Shown in pieces: positions 1 through 8,686 of a stretch of DNA of 56,371 nucleotides (within the stretch, counting starts at the first letter, position 1; every line of letters begins with the position of its first letter). Position numbers and translations under genes: made by a program. The notes under the pieces were generated by a model. That model did no database searches and was not told where the DNA came from. It worked only from the letters and a program-made list of their open reading frames with translations. Where the stretch lies: IMG/VR virus record IMGVR_UViG_3300021376_000070, positions 1 to 56,371 of that record; one strand, 5' to 3'. This DNA is from a virus. Lineage: Duplodnaviria; Caudoviricetes.

Positions 1-84
1 CGCACTGCGTCCGACCTCATCGGTCAAGGCATCTGCCGCGAACCGCATGAGTCCCGCAATTCAACTCAATAACAGGAGAACATC

Positions 85-384
85 ATGCAATTTTATGTAA
101 ACGAACGCAAGGCAGATCAGGTCTATTTCACCGCACCTACATTGGTCGCGGTGGACTACATGATCAAGAATCACCGTGTGCGAGTTGAGGGGTTTGACTA
201 TGGTCTGTTCATGGGTTGGGCATTGGCAGGAAAAGATGTTCGTGCGCGAGCATTCATTGACGGCAAACTGTTGCCCCCTTTCAGCGCACGCATTTATTCC
301 AAACGCAGACCGGTGTGGTTGCCCAGGAGGATCACCATTCGCGAATGGAATATGGCACTCGTTGCCTCCAACCTTAAATGTTAA
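85..384 (+). CDS. hypothetical early protein
   Basis: 99-aa ORF with SD CAGGAG upstream of ATG 85. Confidence 0.6.
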   Translation: MQFYVNERKADQVYFTAPTLVAVDYMIKNHRVRVEGFDYGLFMGWALAGKDVRARAFIDGKLLPPFSARIYSKRRPVWLPRRITIREWNMALVASNLKC

Positions 385-408
385 TTATTTAAATAAGGAG
401 GATAAACC

Positions 409-612
409 ATGAAGCGACACTTCGCCCAAACCAAAGCCCAGCGGCAAGCAGATTGGCTGGCTCGTTTCTCTGACGCAGTCATCACCCTCGATCAGCGCCA
501 TGCTGGGCGCATCGACTGGGACACCGCCAAGCACCTGTACTTCAGCGGCATGACGTTCGCGGATGCCGCCGCTCAGTACGTTCGCAACCGTTCAACTCAG
601 GATGCACCATGA
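409..612 (+). CDS. hypothetical early protein
   Basis: Strong SD AAGGAGG; stop overlaps the next start (ATGA). Confidence 0.7.
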   Translation: MKRHFAQTKAQRQADWLARFSDAVITLDQRHAGRIDWDTAKHLYFSGMTFADAAAQYVRNRSTQDAP

Positions 613-716
613 AACCACGCAACTTCGTTGCCAAACACTCCCGCTCCAGCGGGGCTGGAAGGCATACCGTCCGCACAAAGTACGTTAGACAACCTAAGCA
701 CCGTAACAAGGAGTGA
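609..716 (+). CDS. small basic protein (35 aa, MKPRNFVAKHSRSSGAGRH...RQPKHRNKE)
   Basis: Read manually; ATGA overlap with the upstream gene, stop 2 nt before the next ATG; absent from the ORF track. Confidence 0.65.
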   Translation: MKPRNFVAKHSRSSGAGRHTVRTKYVRQPKHRNKE

Positions 717-718
717 CA

Positions 719-1285
719 ATGCATACCATCAGAGAAGAATGGCTCAATGCCGCTGTCGAGGAACTCAGACCCATTTTCGACAGCAACGGCTATCCCCTGC
801 CCGAGCGCATCAGGGTGACCTGCGGCTTCCCCTCTAGCCGCGCCCGTGCCAACAACCGATTCATCGGTGAGCACTGGTCCCCCAAAGCATCGAGCGACAA
901 GCACCATGAAATCCTCATCTCCCCGGTGGTCGATGACAAGGTGCAGGTCTTCGCCACACTGGTCCATGAACTCGCCCACGCCGCCACTGACGGTGACGGT
1001 CACGGCAAAAAGTTTGTCAAGTGCGTCCGCTCCCTCTGGCTCGAAGGCAAGCCTACCGCAACCGTGGCAGGTGATACCTTCAAGACGAACTTCTCCAATC
1101 TCATGGCAGGTCTCGGAGACTACCCACATGCCCGTTTAAACATCGAGGCTGTGAGGAAAAAACAAACCACTCGGATGCTCAAAGCGTTTTGCCCGTCCTG
1201 TGGCTACACCGTGCGGCTCTCGCAGTACTGGGCGAATCAAGGTCTGCCGACCTGCCCCAATGACCGCAACACCCTGTCCCTTTAA
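719..1285 (+). CDS. SprT-like zinc metallopeptidase with C-terminal Zn ribbon
   Basis: HELAH motif followed by GHGKKF; CPSC...CPND; SD AAGGAG before ATG 719. Confidence 0.7.
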   Translation: MHTIREEWLNAAVEELRPIFDSNGYPLPERIRVTCGFPSSRARANNRFIGEHWSPKASSDKHHEILISPVVDDKVQVFATLVHELAHAATDGDGHGKKFVKCVRSLWLEGKPTATVAGDTFKTNFSNLMAGLGDYPHARLNIEAVRKKQTTRMLKAFCPSCGYTVRLSQYWANQGLPTCPNDRNTLSL

Positions 1286-1303
1286 TTCATCGGAGGCTAA
1301 ACC

Positions 1304-2761
1304 ATGAACTACCAACAACGTCTTGCCCTGCTCTCGCTGGTCCAACTCAACACCGTGCTGGTCCAGCACAGCCAAGTCCCGCTCGATGACAAAAAAGCCG
1401 CTCAAGCCGCCGTCAAGGCGCTGATCGATGGCGGCATCGCCAACTGGGACAACGTGCTCAATGTCCAACCCGCGCCCAACATCGTCACCGCCAAGAGCGC
1501 CATCGACAATGACCTGCGCGACAAGGTCAATGCCTCCAACACCAGCGCGATCAACGCACTACGCTCTGCGGAGAGCGCCCTGCGGGAGGTCGGCACCCTC
1601 TCTGCCTCTGTGCGGTCCATGAACAACTCCATGCAGACCGAGTTTCGCACCCTCTCCGAGTCTCTGGTCTCCCGGGTGGACTCCATCAGCAAGCCTGACC
1701 CCGCCCGGATCAGCAACGAGATCACCCAGCAGGTCTCTGCCCTGTTCGATTCTTTCCGCGAAAAAGCAACTGAGCAGCAACTCAAGACCATCGCCGCCGC
1801 CCTGCCCTCCTTCACCGTTGCCCCCGCCAAGGATGTCTTCGGTGACACCTCCTGCGTCTACTCTGGCGAGGACTTCGGCAACATGGAGGTCGCCCTCTGG
1901 AACGATCCCCATGCCCCCGCCGTGGTCGATGACTATGTCTTCAACCCCGAGCACCTGCATCAGGCGCTCATCGCAATCGATGACCCCCTCCCAGACAACA
2001 CTTGGCTCGCTGGTGAGCGCGGCACAGGCAAGTCCGAGTTCGTGACTCAACTCGCAGCGCGGCTCAAGCGCCGCCTGTATCGCATCAACTTCGACGAAGC
2101 CCTTGAACGTGCCGATTTCATCGGTGGCAACAGCATCGAGTCTGGCTCGGTGGTCTGGAAGCCCGGGATCATCACTCAGGCAATCAAGCACCCCGGTGCG
2201 CTGGTCCTGCTCGATGAGATCGGCTTTGCCCGTGCTCAGTCACTCTCTGCCCTCCACGCCCTGTGCGAACGCTCCCCGCACCGTGCCATCACCATCAGCG
2301 AGACCGGAGAACGCATCCCTGTTGCTTCCCATGTCGCCTTTTTCTGCGCTGACAACAGCAACGGACACGGCGATGCCTCTGGCAACTTCGCAGGGGTGCG
2401 TGAACAAAACAGCGCGTTCATCGACCGTTTCTCCTTCACGCTGCTGTTCGACTACCTGCCCGAGAACGATGAGATCGGGCTGCTGGTCAACCGCACAGGC
2501 ATCACGCTCGACGCCGCTCGGATGATCGTGCAGTTCGCCAATGTGGCGCGTGAGAAGGCACGGGCAGGGCTGCTGACTCAGCCCCCCTCGCTGCGCCAGC
2601 TTCTGGCATGGGCACGGGCGGTCAAGAAGGGTATGCCTGTACAGGCTGCTTTTCGTAATGCCATCATCAACAAGTTCCCTGCGGACTGCTCGGTGGAACT
2701 GCAAGGGGTCTACACCTCTCATATCAACGAACGCGACTTCAAACTCGCACTGACCAAGTAA
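1304..2761 (+). CDS. MoxR/CbbQ/CobS-like AAA+ ATPase with N-terminal coiled coil
   Basis: Walker A GERGTGKS, Walker B VLLDEI, AFIDRF arginine finger, SLRQL lid motif. Confidence 0.85.
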   Translation: MNYQQRLALLSLVQLNTVLVQHSQVPLDDKKAAQAAVKALIDGGIANWDNVLNVQPAPNIVTAKSAIDNDLRDKVNASNTSAINALRSAESALREVGTLSASVRSMNNSMQTEFRTLSESLVSRVDSISKPDPARISNEITQQVSALFDSFREKATEQQLKTIAAALPSFTVAPAKDVFGDTSCVYSGEDFGNMEVALWNDPHAPAVVDDYVFNPEHLHQALIAIDDPLPDNTWLAGERGTGKSEFVTQLAARLKRRLYRINFDEALERADFIGGNSIESGSVVWKPGIITQAIKHPGALVLLDEIGFARAQSLSALHALCERSPHRAITISETGERIPVASHVAFFCADNSNGHGDASGNFAGVREQNSAFIDRFSFTLLFDYLPENDEIGLLVNRTGITLDAARMIVQFANVAREKARAGLLTQPPSLRQLLAWARAVKKGMPVQAAFRNAIINKFPADCSVELQGVYTSHINERDFKLALTK

Positions 2762-2769
2762 GGATCACC

Positions 2770-3762
2770 ATGATTGCACTGGAAGCAAAGCGCGGAGTCG
2801 AGGCGACTCTGGAGCGCGTCTACAAAGCCACCAGCAACAGCTTTGAAAAGCTGGTTGTCTCTTGGTCAGGCTCCACCGCCGGGATCAAGAACGAGGGGGA
2901 CACAACCTACATCATGTTCCCCGGCATCGATGAGACCAAGCCCGTCTCGCAATCGATGTTCAACGAGTTCATCGGCTACGCGCTGCATGAACTCGGACAC
3001 AAATGGTTCACCGAGGATGAGCCTTGGGACATAGCCCGAGAACAGCACGGCGACTATGTCGGCAAGCTGATCAACGGGCTGGAAGACCCGCGCATCGAGC
3101 AGAAGGTCATCGACTCAGGCTACGCACCCAATGCTAGGTCTCTGTTTGAGTTCCTGACCAATCAAATCCTCCGCAAAGATGGCTATGTCAAGCCTGATGA
3201 CTTCAAAAACATCCCGTTCATGCTCGCCATCGAGGGTCGCCGTTTAAACGGATATGAGGTCTGCGTCCCGTCCATCATCGATGCATCACCGTACAAGGTC
3301 GAACTGCGCTGGGCACTCAAAGCAGCCAAGCAAGCAAAAAATACGCACCGCATCGCACAGATCGCCATCGAACTGTATGCACGGCTCAAGCAGACCCGTC
3401 AGCAGCAGCAGCAACCCGGGGAGTCGGGAGAGCAACCCGGGGGGTCGGATCAGCAGCCGGGTCAGCAACCGGGTCAGCCCGGGGATCAGCCGGGAGAACA
3501 GTCGGGAGAGCAGCCCGGGGATGCCTCTCAGACCGATCAGAACGGCGCAGGAGACGCGCAAACGCCCGGGGAAGGGGTAGACAAGGGTTCAGAGGAAAAC
3601 GGCTCTGGCAACGGCTCTGGACACTCCGAACCCACAGGCAGGGATGTCGAGCCTGTTGCACTGATTCAAGACCGCTGCGAGGGCATCCGATCCAAGGCTG
3701 ATGAGGTACGCGCAAGACCTCATCCCGGCAAGCCCATCTGGGCACGTATCGACTTCATTTGA
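2770..3762 (+). CDS. CobT N-terminal-like HExxH metallopeptidase-fold protein with Q/P/G-rich tail
   Basis: HELGH...NGLEDPRIE; lies between the AAA+ and vWA genes. Confidence 0.7.
   Translation: MIALEAKRGVEATLERVYKATSNSFEKLVVSWSGSTAGIKNEGDTTYIMFPGIDETKPVSQSMFNEFIGYALHELGHKWFTEDEPWDIAREQHGDYVGKLINGLEDPRIEQKVIDSGYAPNARSLFEFLTNQILRKDGYVKPDDFKNIPFMLAIEGRRLNGYEVCVPSIIDASPYKVELRWALKAAKQAKNTHRIAQIAIELYARLKQTRQQQQQPGESGEQPGGSDQQPGQQPGQPGDQPGEQSGEQPGDASQTDQNGAGDAQTPGEGVDKGSEENGSGNGSGHSEPTGRDVEPVALIQDRCEGIRSKADEVRARPHPGKPIWARIDFI
3400..3530 (+). repeat. degenerate 12-nt coding repeats (Q run, then xQPG units)
   Basis: Repeated cagccggg/caacccggg units. Confidence 0.7.
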
Positions 3763-3771
3763 GGAGGCTTT

Positions 3772-4593
3772 ATGCAAATGAACAAACAACTGGGTCAGGC
3801 GCGATACGCTGATGACCTTGTCAATGTGCCGCAGGGCATGGGCATGACCCGCAACAATCTCCAGCGTCTGCTGCGCTCGCTGGACTTTGTCGGCTGGAGC
3901 AAGTCGGAAGAGTCCGGGCGATTGGACCGCCGCGCACTGACCAAGTTCGCCATCGGATCTGCCAATGTGTTCAGCCGCCGTCAGTATGTGGAGGCTGAGA
4001 CCTCGGCGGTCTCGGTCCTGATCGACTGCTCTGGGTCGATGAATGACGGCACCCCCGGGTCCAACATCAGCAAGATCACGGTCGCCCAGACCATCACGGT
4101 GCATTTGTCAAATCTGCTGCACAAGGCGCGAGTGCCCTTCACCGTGACGGGGTTTCGCTCTGGCAAGAATGAGTACCTGAATGAGTACCCAGAGGGCGGC
4201 GGTCGCGTCGAGTCTCCGCAATTTATCCCGTTCAAACCGTGGAGACAGTCGCTGCTGCGATCCATCCCTGCGCTTGGCAATATCAAGCAGTGCGCCTACT
4301 CAGGCACACCAGATTACTCTGCCATTGCCAATGCCATCGACGATCTGGCGCAGCGTCCTGAACACCGCCGCATCCTGTTCATCCTGACTGATGCCAACGG
4401 TTACATGAGGTCTCATATGCAGCACCTTCAAACCTTGGCAGACAAGGTCGGGGTCACCATCGTCGCCATCGGTATCAAGTCGCCTGATGTACTCGATTGC
4501 TTCGTAGATGCGGTCAACGTGGACAAGATCGAAGACCTCGGTGCCACCGCATTCAATCAACTGCTCAAGACTGTAAGGAGGAAGGTCGCATGA
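3772..4593 (+). CDS. von Willebrand factor A domain protein (CobT C-terminal-like)
   Basis: SGRLD, MIDAS DCSGS, GTP, ILTD, AIGI; SD GAGGAGG. Confidence 0.85.
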   Translation: MQMNKQLGQARYADDLVNVPQGMGMTRNNLQRLLRSLDFVGWSKSEESGRLDRRALTKFAIGSANVFSRRQYVEAETSAVSVLIDCSGSMNDGTPGSNISKITVAQTITVHLSNLLHKARVPFTVTGFRSGKNEYLNEYPEGGGRVESPQFIPFKPWRQSLLRSIPALGNIKQCAYSGTPDYSAIANAIDDLAQRPEHRRILFILTDANGYMRSHMQHLQTLADKVGVTIVAIGIKSPDVLDCFVDAVNVDKIEDLGATAFNQLLKTVRRKVA

Positions 4594-4775
4594 CGTTAGT
4601 TAACAAGGAGGGCAAGCCCGTCGAGACGGGCGCTCTGCTGCACGGGAGCCAGAGGTATGTCTACCTCGGGCATGATGGCAAGCAGATCAACATTCAATCA
4701 ACCGACGGCAGGAAAATCTTTCTCTGGGTAGACCCTGCTCGGTTCAATCTCAAGTTTCAAAAGGAGGCATCATGA
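4590..4775 (+). CDS. hypothetical protein
   Basis: ATGA overlaps at both ends; MTLVNKEGKP... Confidence 0.6.
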   Translation: MTLVNKEGKPVETGALLHGSQRYVYLGHDGKQINIQSTDGRKIFLWVDPARFNLKFQKEAS

Positions 4776-4939
4776 GAACTTTCATTCATTTCATCGCGCT
4801 GGTTTTCCTAGCGCTGCTGCTGACCATCGGCATACTCGATTGGCTCAGTGGGTGCGGGGAGTCATGGGTGCAGTCAGATGGCACCCGACTCGCGGGTGAG
4901 TGCATCGGGCGTGAGTTTGTGTTTAATCTTTTCAAGTGA
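4772..4939 (+). CDS. small membrane protein (55 aa)
   Basis: Read manually: MRTFIHFIALVFLALLLTIGILDWLSGCGE...; hydrophobic N-terminal helix; SD AGGAGG. Confidence 0.65.
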   Translation: MRTFIHFIALVFLALLLTIGILDWLSGCGESWVQSDGTRLAGECIGREFVFNLFK

Positions 4940-4946
4940 GGCAATC

Positions 4947-5366
4947 ATGGGTAACAGAGCAGTCATTACAGCAAGTCAATCTAAGACAGAGGGCATCGGC
5001 ATCTATCTGCACTGGGCAGGGGACATCAACTCAGTCATTGCTTTGCTCGACGCAGCCAAGCAACTGGGCTTTCGGTGTCCCACCACAGACAATAGCTATG
5101 GCATGGCAAGGCTATGCAGCATTGCTTGCCTTATCAGCGGGGTGCGTAGCGAGACGGGGGTAGGCATCAACACCCTGCCAGGACTCGATTGCGACAATTG
5201 GGATAACGGGGTTTATGTCATCGGTCCCAACTGGAGCCTGATAGATCGATGGGGCAAGGGTAGTGTTCCTCTGACCCCGGAGAGCATAGAAGCAGCGCGT
5301 AAGAGCAAAACCTATCAACAAGTGATGGGCATCCTGACCCGTGAACTCGATGCCATTGTGGAGTAA
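4947..5366 (+). CDS. hypothetical protein (MGNRAVI...GIYLHW)
   Basis: SD GAGG before ATG 4947; fits operon packing. Confidence 0.7.
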   Translation: MGNRAVITASQSKTEGIGIYLHWAGDINSVIALLDAAKQLGFRCPTTDNSYGMARLCSIACLISGVRSETGVGINTLPGLDCDNWDNGVYVIGPNWSLIDRWGKGSVPLTPESIEAARKSKTYQQVMGILTRELDAIVE

Positions 5367-5368
5367 CC

Positions 5369-5566
5369 ATGATCATTAATTTGAGCAACAACTACAAACT
5401 CCATATTGCTGTCACCCCCACTACGGGAGATCAATACCACCTCAAGATCGAGTCCCAGTGGCTCGGCGCGAAAGACCCGCAAGGGTTGCAGCGGGTATGG
5501 TCGGCAACCATGTCCAAGAAAAACCTGCTGGATCTGACCGAAACCATTCTCAAAGCAACGAAATGA
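5369..5566 (+). CDS. hypothetical protein
   Basis: SD GGAG; tight packing. Confidence 0.6.
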   Translation: MIINLSNNYKLHIAVTPTTGDQYHLKIESQWLGAKDPQGLQRVWSATMSKKNLLDLTETILKATK

Positions 5567-5805
5567 TACTAGTCGAAGACTGGAGCGAGGAGTTCCGTCA
5601 TCAGTGCGAAGTCCGGATGGTCATACGCTGGCGCATGGAGGATCGAGACCGTGCGCTGCGTTACCTTGAGGGCGTCAAGCAAAAACGTGGTGATGACAAA
5701 CTGGAGCGCGATGTGCGCGAGCAATGGAAGATGGGCAACCGAGGAAAGGAGAACGAATGGAAGTCCGAATCAGAAAAAGACAACGAGTCCTCTGGAAGGG
5801 AATGA
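5563..5805 (+). CDS. hypothetical protein (SEEFRHQCEVR...QWKMGNRG)
   Basis: ATGA overlap with the upstream gene. Confidence 0.65.
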   Translation: MILVEDWSEEFRHQCEVRMVIRWRMEDRDRALRYLEGVKQKRGDDKLERDVREQWKMGNRGKENEWKSESEKDNESSGRE

Positions 5806-5913
5806 TCGGGACCGTGCTTTCCTCCGGGCGGTCGGAGTATCTGGTCGCCTTCAAGCTGGTCTGTCAGTATGTACCCAAGAACCAGTGCGAGCTTGTTTAC
5901 GGCAAATGAAACA

Positions 5914-5948
5914 ACCCCGGCAGGGCAACCTGACCGGGGTATTTTTTT
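5914..5948 (+). terminator. intrinsic terminator ending the early operon
   Basis: ACCCCGG-CAGG-GCAA-CCTG-A-CCGGGGT stem-loop followed by T7. Confidence 0.8.
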
Positions 5949-6022
5949 GTCCATCTGAAGTGCATCTCTACCGCAATTGCGTCTGAAGTCACCGCAGTTG
6001 CGGTCAGCGTTTAAACGCTCCC

Positions 6023-7708
6023 TCAAAAGGCATCGACTTGTTCGTTGTAGGTGCCGGTGACCTTGTCGTAGTTGAGCAAAACCTCTCCCTGCGTACCCAC
6101 CCAGCGGTATCTAGATTTCCAGACCGCTATCTCGACCCCGGTCTGCGCCCTGTGGACCGTCAGACCGCAATCGGCTTTTGCCCACCATGCCATCGATCCT
6201 GATATAGCCATGCCATCAGGACGGGGCAGATCGTTGCCAGATCGCTGGACTTTGGAGGGGTGAGCCACGAACCAGACATGAACCCCGAACGCCTTGGCGA
6301 AGGCTTGGACACGGGTCAGCATATCGCTGATTGCCCCGGTCTCTGAATCCCCCCGGTTCTTCATGTCGATGTAGTTATAGGGATCAATGACCATGCCCCT
6401 GATCCCCAGCCTTGCCACCGCCGCCTGTGCCCTGCTGAGAATGGAATCAATCGTGGCGGGTTCGACCGTCTCGGAGTCCATGAACAGGAAGTGATCGGTG
6501 ACCCATTTAAACGATGACTCCCTCTCCTCGTCGTTCATCCGGTGGGTGCCCTCGAAGAATCTTTTCTCGGCATAAATCTCCATGAACCTCGTGATATGCA
6601 CCTCGGGTTGATTCTCAAAAGAACAGACCGCAAACTTCCATTGGTGCTGTTTTGCAAGGTTGACCATCAACTGATCTACGAAGTTACTCTTGCCGTTGGA
6701 GGGGTATCCTGTGACTACGGTCAACTGCCCCGGAGCCACGGTGTAAATCTGGTCAAGGGATGTGTAGCCGGTTGAGACTCCCTTGCCTGTACCTTTGCTC
6801 CACAAGTCCTGCACCCTGTCCACGAACTTGGTGGCAGAGCTTAAACCCTCAACGGGGTAAGGCTCGGCGGCATCAATGATGGAGCGGACCTTCTCCACGC
6901 CATCAGCTATCAGCACCTCGTTTAAATCCTTTTTGTCGAACTTGGTAAGACGGCACTTGTGTTTGCCGATTCGCCTTGCCAACTCTTCTGCCAGAGCTTG
7001 ACCGGGTCCATCGTTGTCTGTGGCGATGACGATGTAGGGAGCTTTGGAGAGGGTCTCATGGGCATTCCAGACGAAGGAAAACTTCTTGTCCTCACTAGCA
7101 GTCACTTTGCCATTGACCACCTTCATGGGCGCACCAGAGGGAACCGAGACCACATTCTCAATCCCGCACTCGATGCCTGTGAGGGCATCGATCTCACCCT
7201 CAACAATGATGATGGGCTTGGCGGGGTCTACCTGATCAATGCCGAAGAAGTCATGGGCACCACCTGCGTCCTGCGTGAAGTCCTTGTCCTCGATGCAGCG
7301 GTACTTGGCGGCGGTCAGTGCCCCGCTGCGGTAGTAGGGAAAGCCAATAGCCGGGGCGCTCTTGCCAAGCCGTTGAAACCATTTATCTGCTGAGAAGAGC
7401 TTCATCTTGTCAGCGGTCTCCTTGCTGATGCCCCGCTTGATTAAGAACTCGTAGTGAGGCTGTTGCAGTGATGACTGCGTGATGGTGGGTTGAGGGACTG
7501 CCGACAATTTTCTCTCCATGCGTTTAAACGGAACGCTGCCACTGACTCCGCAATGATGGCAGTGGTACACCCACGCATCATCCCTGCGGGTGACGACCAG
7601 TTCTTTGAGATTGGATTTCCTGCGTTGCGGTGAGCAACTGGGACAAGCTACACGCTGCGTATCGTCAACGTGCAAAGCAGATACGAATGATTGAACCTCG
7701 TTCAACAC
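6023..7708 (-). CDS. T7 gp4/Twinkle-like primase-helicase
   Basis: Zn finger CPSC...CHHC; TOPRIM EGEID, DND, KDLNE; SF4 helicase GYPSNGKS, IDPYN, VAHP. Confidence 0.93.
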   Translation of the reverse strand: MLNEVQSFVSALHVDDTQRVACPSCSPQRRKSNLKELVVTRRDDAWVYHCHHCGVSGSVPFKRMERKLSAVPQPTITQSSLQQPHYEFLIKRGISKETADKMKLFSADKWFQRLGKSAPAIGFPYYRSGALTAAKYRCIEDKDFTQDAGGAHDFFGIDQVDPAKPIIIVEGEIDALTGIECGIENVVSVPSGAPMKVVNGKVTASEDKKFSFVWNAHETLSKAPYIVIATDNDGPGQALAEELARRIGKHKCRLTKFDKKDLNEVLIADGVEKVRSIIDAAEPYPVEGLSSATKFVDRVQDLWSKGTGKGVSTGYTSLDQIYTVAPGQLTVVTGYPSNGKSNFVDQLMVNLAKQHQWKFAVCSFENQPEVHITRFMEIYAEKRFFEGTHRMNDEERESSFKWVTDHFLFMDSETVEPATIDSILSRAQAAVARLGIRGMVIDPYNYIDMKNRGDSETGAISDMLTRVQAFAKAFGVHVWFVAHPSKVQRSGNDLPRPDGMAISGSMAWWAKADCGLTVHRAQTGVEIAVWKSRYRWVGTQGEVLLNYDKVTGTYNEQVDAF

Positions 7709-7727
7709 TGGTTAGCCTCCGGTGTAT

Positions 7728-7952
7728 TTACTTCTTGTTGTCGCTCTTGTTCTTCGACCGCGAGCGCAACCTCAGATTGCCTGTGGTGGTCTTACCGCCC
7801 CTCCTGATGGGCTTGATGTGATTGATATCCTTCCCTGTTCTGTCAATGCCGCTCTTATCGTACAAACGCCGAGCCTTCTGTCTTTCCAAGAAGCCCTCGA
7901 CATCCCCTCTCTTCTTTTGAAGCTGGTACTCGCGCTTGTAATTTCTCTGCAT
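7728..7952 (-). CDS. small HNH endonuclease-like protein
   Basis: GKDINHIKPIRRGG...GNLRLRSRSKN. Confidence 0.7.
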   Translation of the reverse strand: MQRNYKREYQLQKKRGDVEGFLERQKARRLYDKSGIDRTGKDINHIKPIRRGGKTTTGNLRLRSRSKNKSDNKK

Positions 7953-8233
7953 GATGACCCACTATAACAACTCCATGTAGTCTTGTAACCCCTCATTACC
8001 CTGTCTCTTTTTTTTGCTTTCTGGTGAATGTTTGAGCAAAGCACAGCCTTACCGTGGTCATTACCAAAGTTCGCTTTGCGCTTCGTGCTTACCGGAGCCA
8101 TGCCGTCGCACCGCACTACCTCAGACTTTTTTCAACCACCCGGCTCTAAGGATTCGCCCACCGCCCCCGCTCTGGCTCGCTCGTGTAACGGGGTCTTTAA
8201 GATGCCACCACCGACGCACCGCATGGCACCCGA

Positions 8234-8369
8234 GTTGCTGTGTGGAAAACAAAAAGCCGTTAAGTCTGACCCCGGTGGAAACGCAGTTCTTTTTTGGGGA
8301 ACTGGGCACCCCATTCGGGGTCGGAGTCAGGCTTAACGGCTTCTTGCATCGGTTTCCACGCCTAGCAAC
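8234..8369 (-). ncRNA. C4/CI-like structured antisense RNA with flanking target elements
   Basis: ~22-bp stem 8254-8275/8321-8342 closing two inner hairpins; outer complementary arms; duplicated GTGGAAA element. Confidence 0.55.
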
Positions 8370-8376
8370 GGAGCCA

Positions 8377-8406
8377 ATCCTACAGCAAGAAAAAAAACCT
8401 TGTCAA
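8377..8406 (-). promoter_or_regulatory. sigma70-type promoter toward the C4-like RNA and primase-helicase
   Basis: TTGACA-N18-TAGGAT. Confidence 0.65.
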
Positions 8407-8409
8407 GTG

Positions 8410-8474
8410 CAAAAAAAGGGGGTGGAGCAAACCACCCCCGCAATGGGCAACTGCACCAGAGACATCTCTGGGCA
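8410..8474 (-). ncRNA. putative small RNA ending in an intrinsic terminator
   Basis: TTGACG-N16-GAGAAT (8507-8480) upstream; GGGGGTGG-TTTGCT-CCACCCCC-T8 terminator. Confidence 0.45.
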
Positions 8475-8526
8475 AGATCATTCTCGCCCCCGCCCAACGG
8501 GCGTCAAGAGAACAAACACAGAACGC

Positions 8527-8555
8527 TTGACAAAACAATCTGGGTTGATCAAAAT
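8527..8555 (+). promoter_or_regulatory. sigma70-type promoter
   Basis: TTGACA-N17-CAAAAT. Confidence 0.55.
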
Positions 8556-8560
8556 CCAAG

Positions 8561-8650
8561 CACTCGTTCTTGATTAGCCTCCGGAAGAGACCGCACCTAT
8601 CGCTTTCGGTGCGGGGCAGATGGACCCTTACCCGGGTCCATTTGTTTTTC
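8561..8650 (+). ncRNA. putative trans-acting sRNA with anti-SD seed UUAGCCUCCGG
   Basis: Promoter, seed 8574-8584, hairpin CCGCACC/GGTGCGG, terminator ATGGACCC/GGGTCCAT plus T-rich tail. Confidence 0.55.
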
Positions 8651-8686
8651 TACGACTTCCGAATGAACCGCCGCGTGATCTGCGGG

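Noticed and set aside
3400-3530. CRISPR-like or regulatory repeat
   Set aside because: Short in-frame repeats encoding a Q/P/G linker, with no spacers; no CRISPR array seen anywhere in the window.
1304-4593. Cobalamin-synthesis auxiliary genes (cobS/cobT)
   Set aside because: The similarity is at the generic AAA+/vWA level, and no cobN or other B12 genes are present.
8254-8342. tRNA gene
   Set aside because: Multi-stem shape, but no T-loop GTTC in the right position, no D-loop and no anticodon arm geometry.
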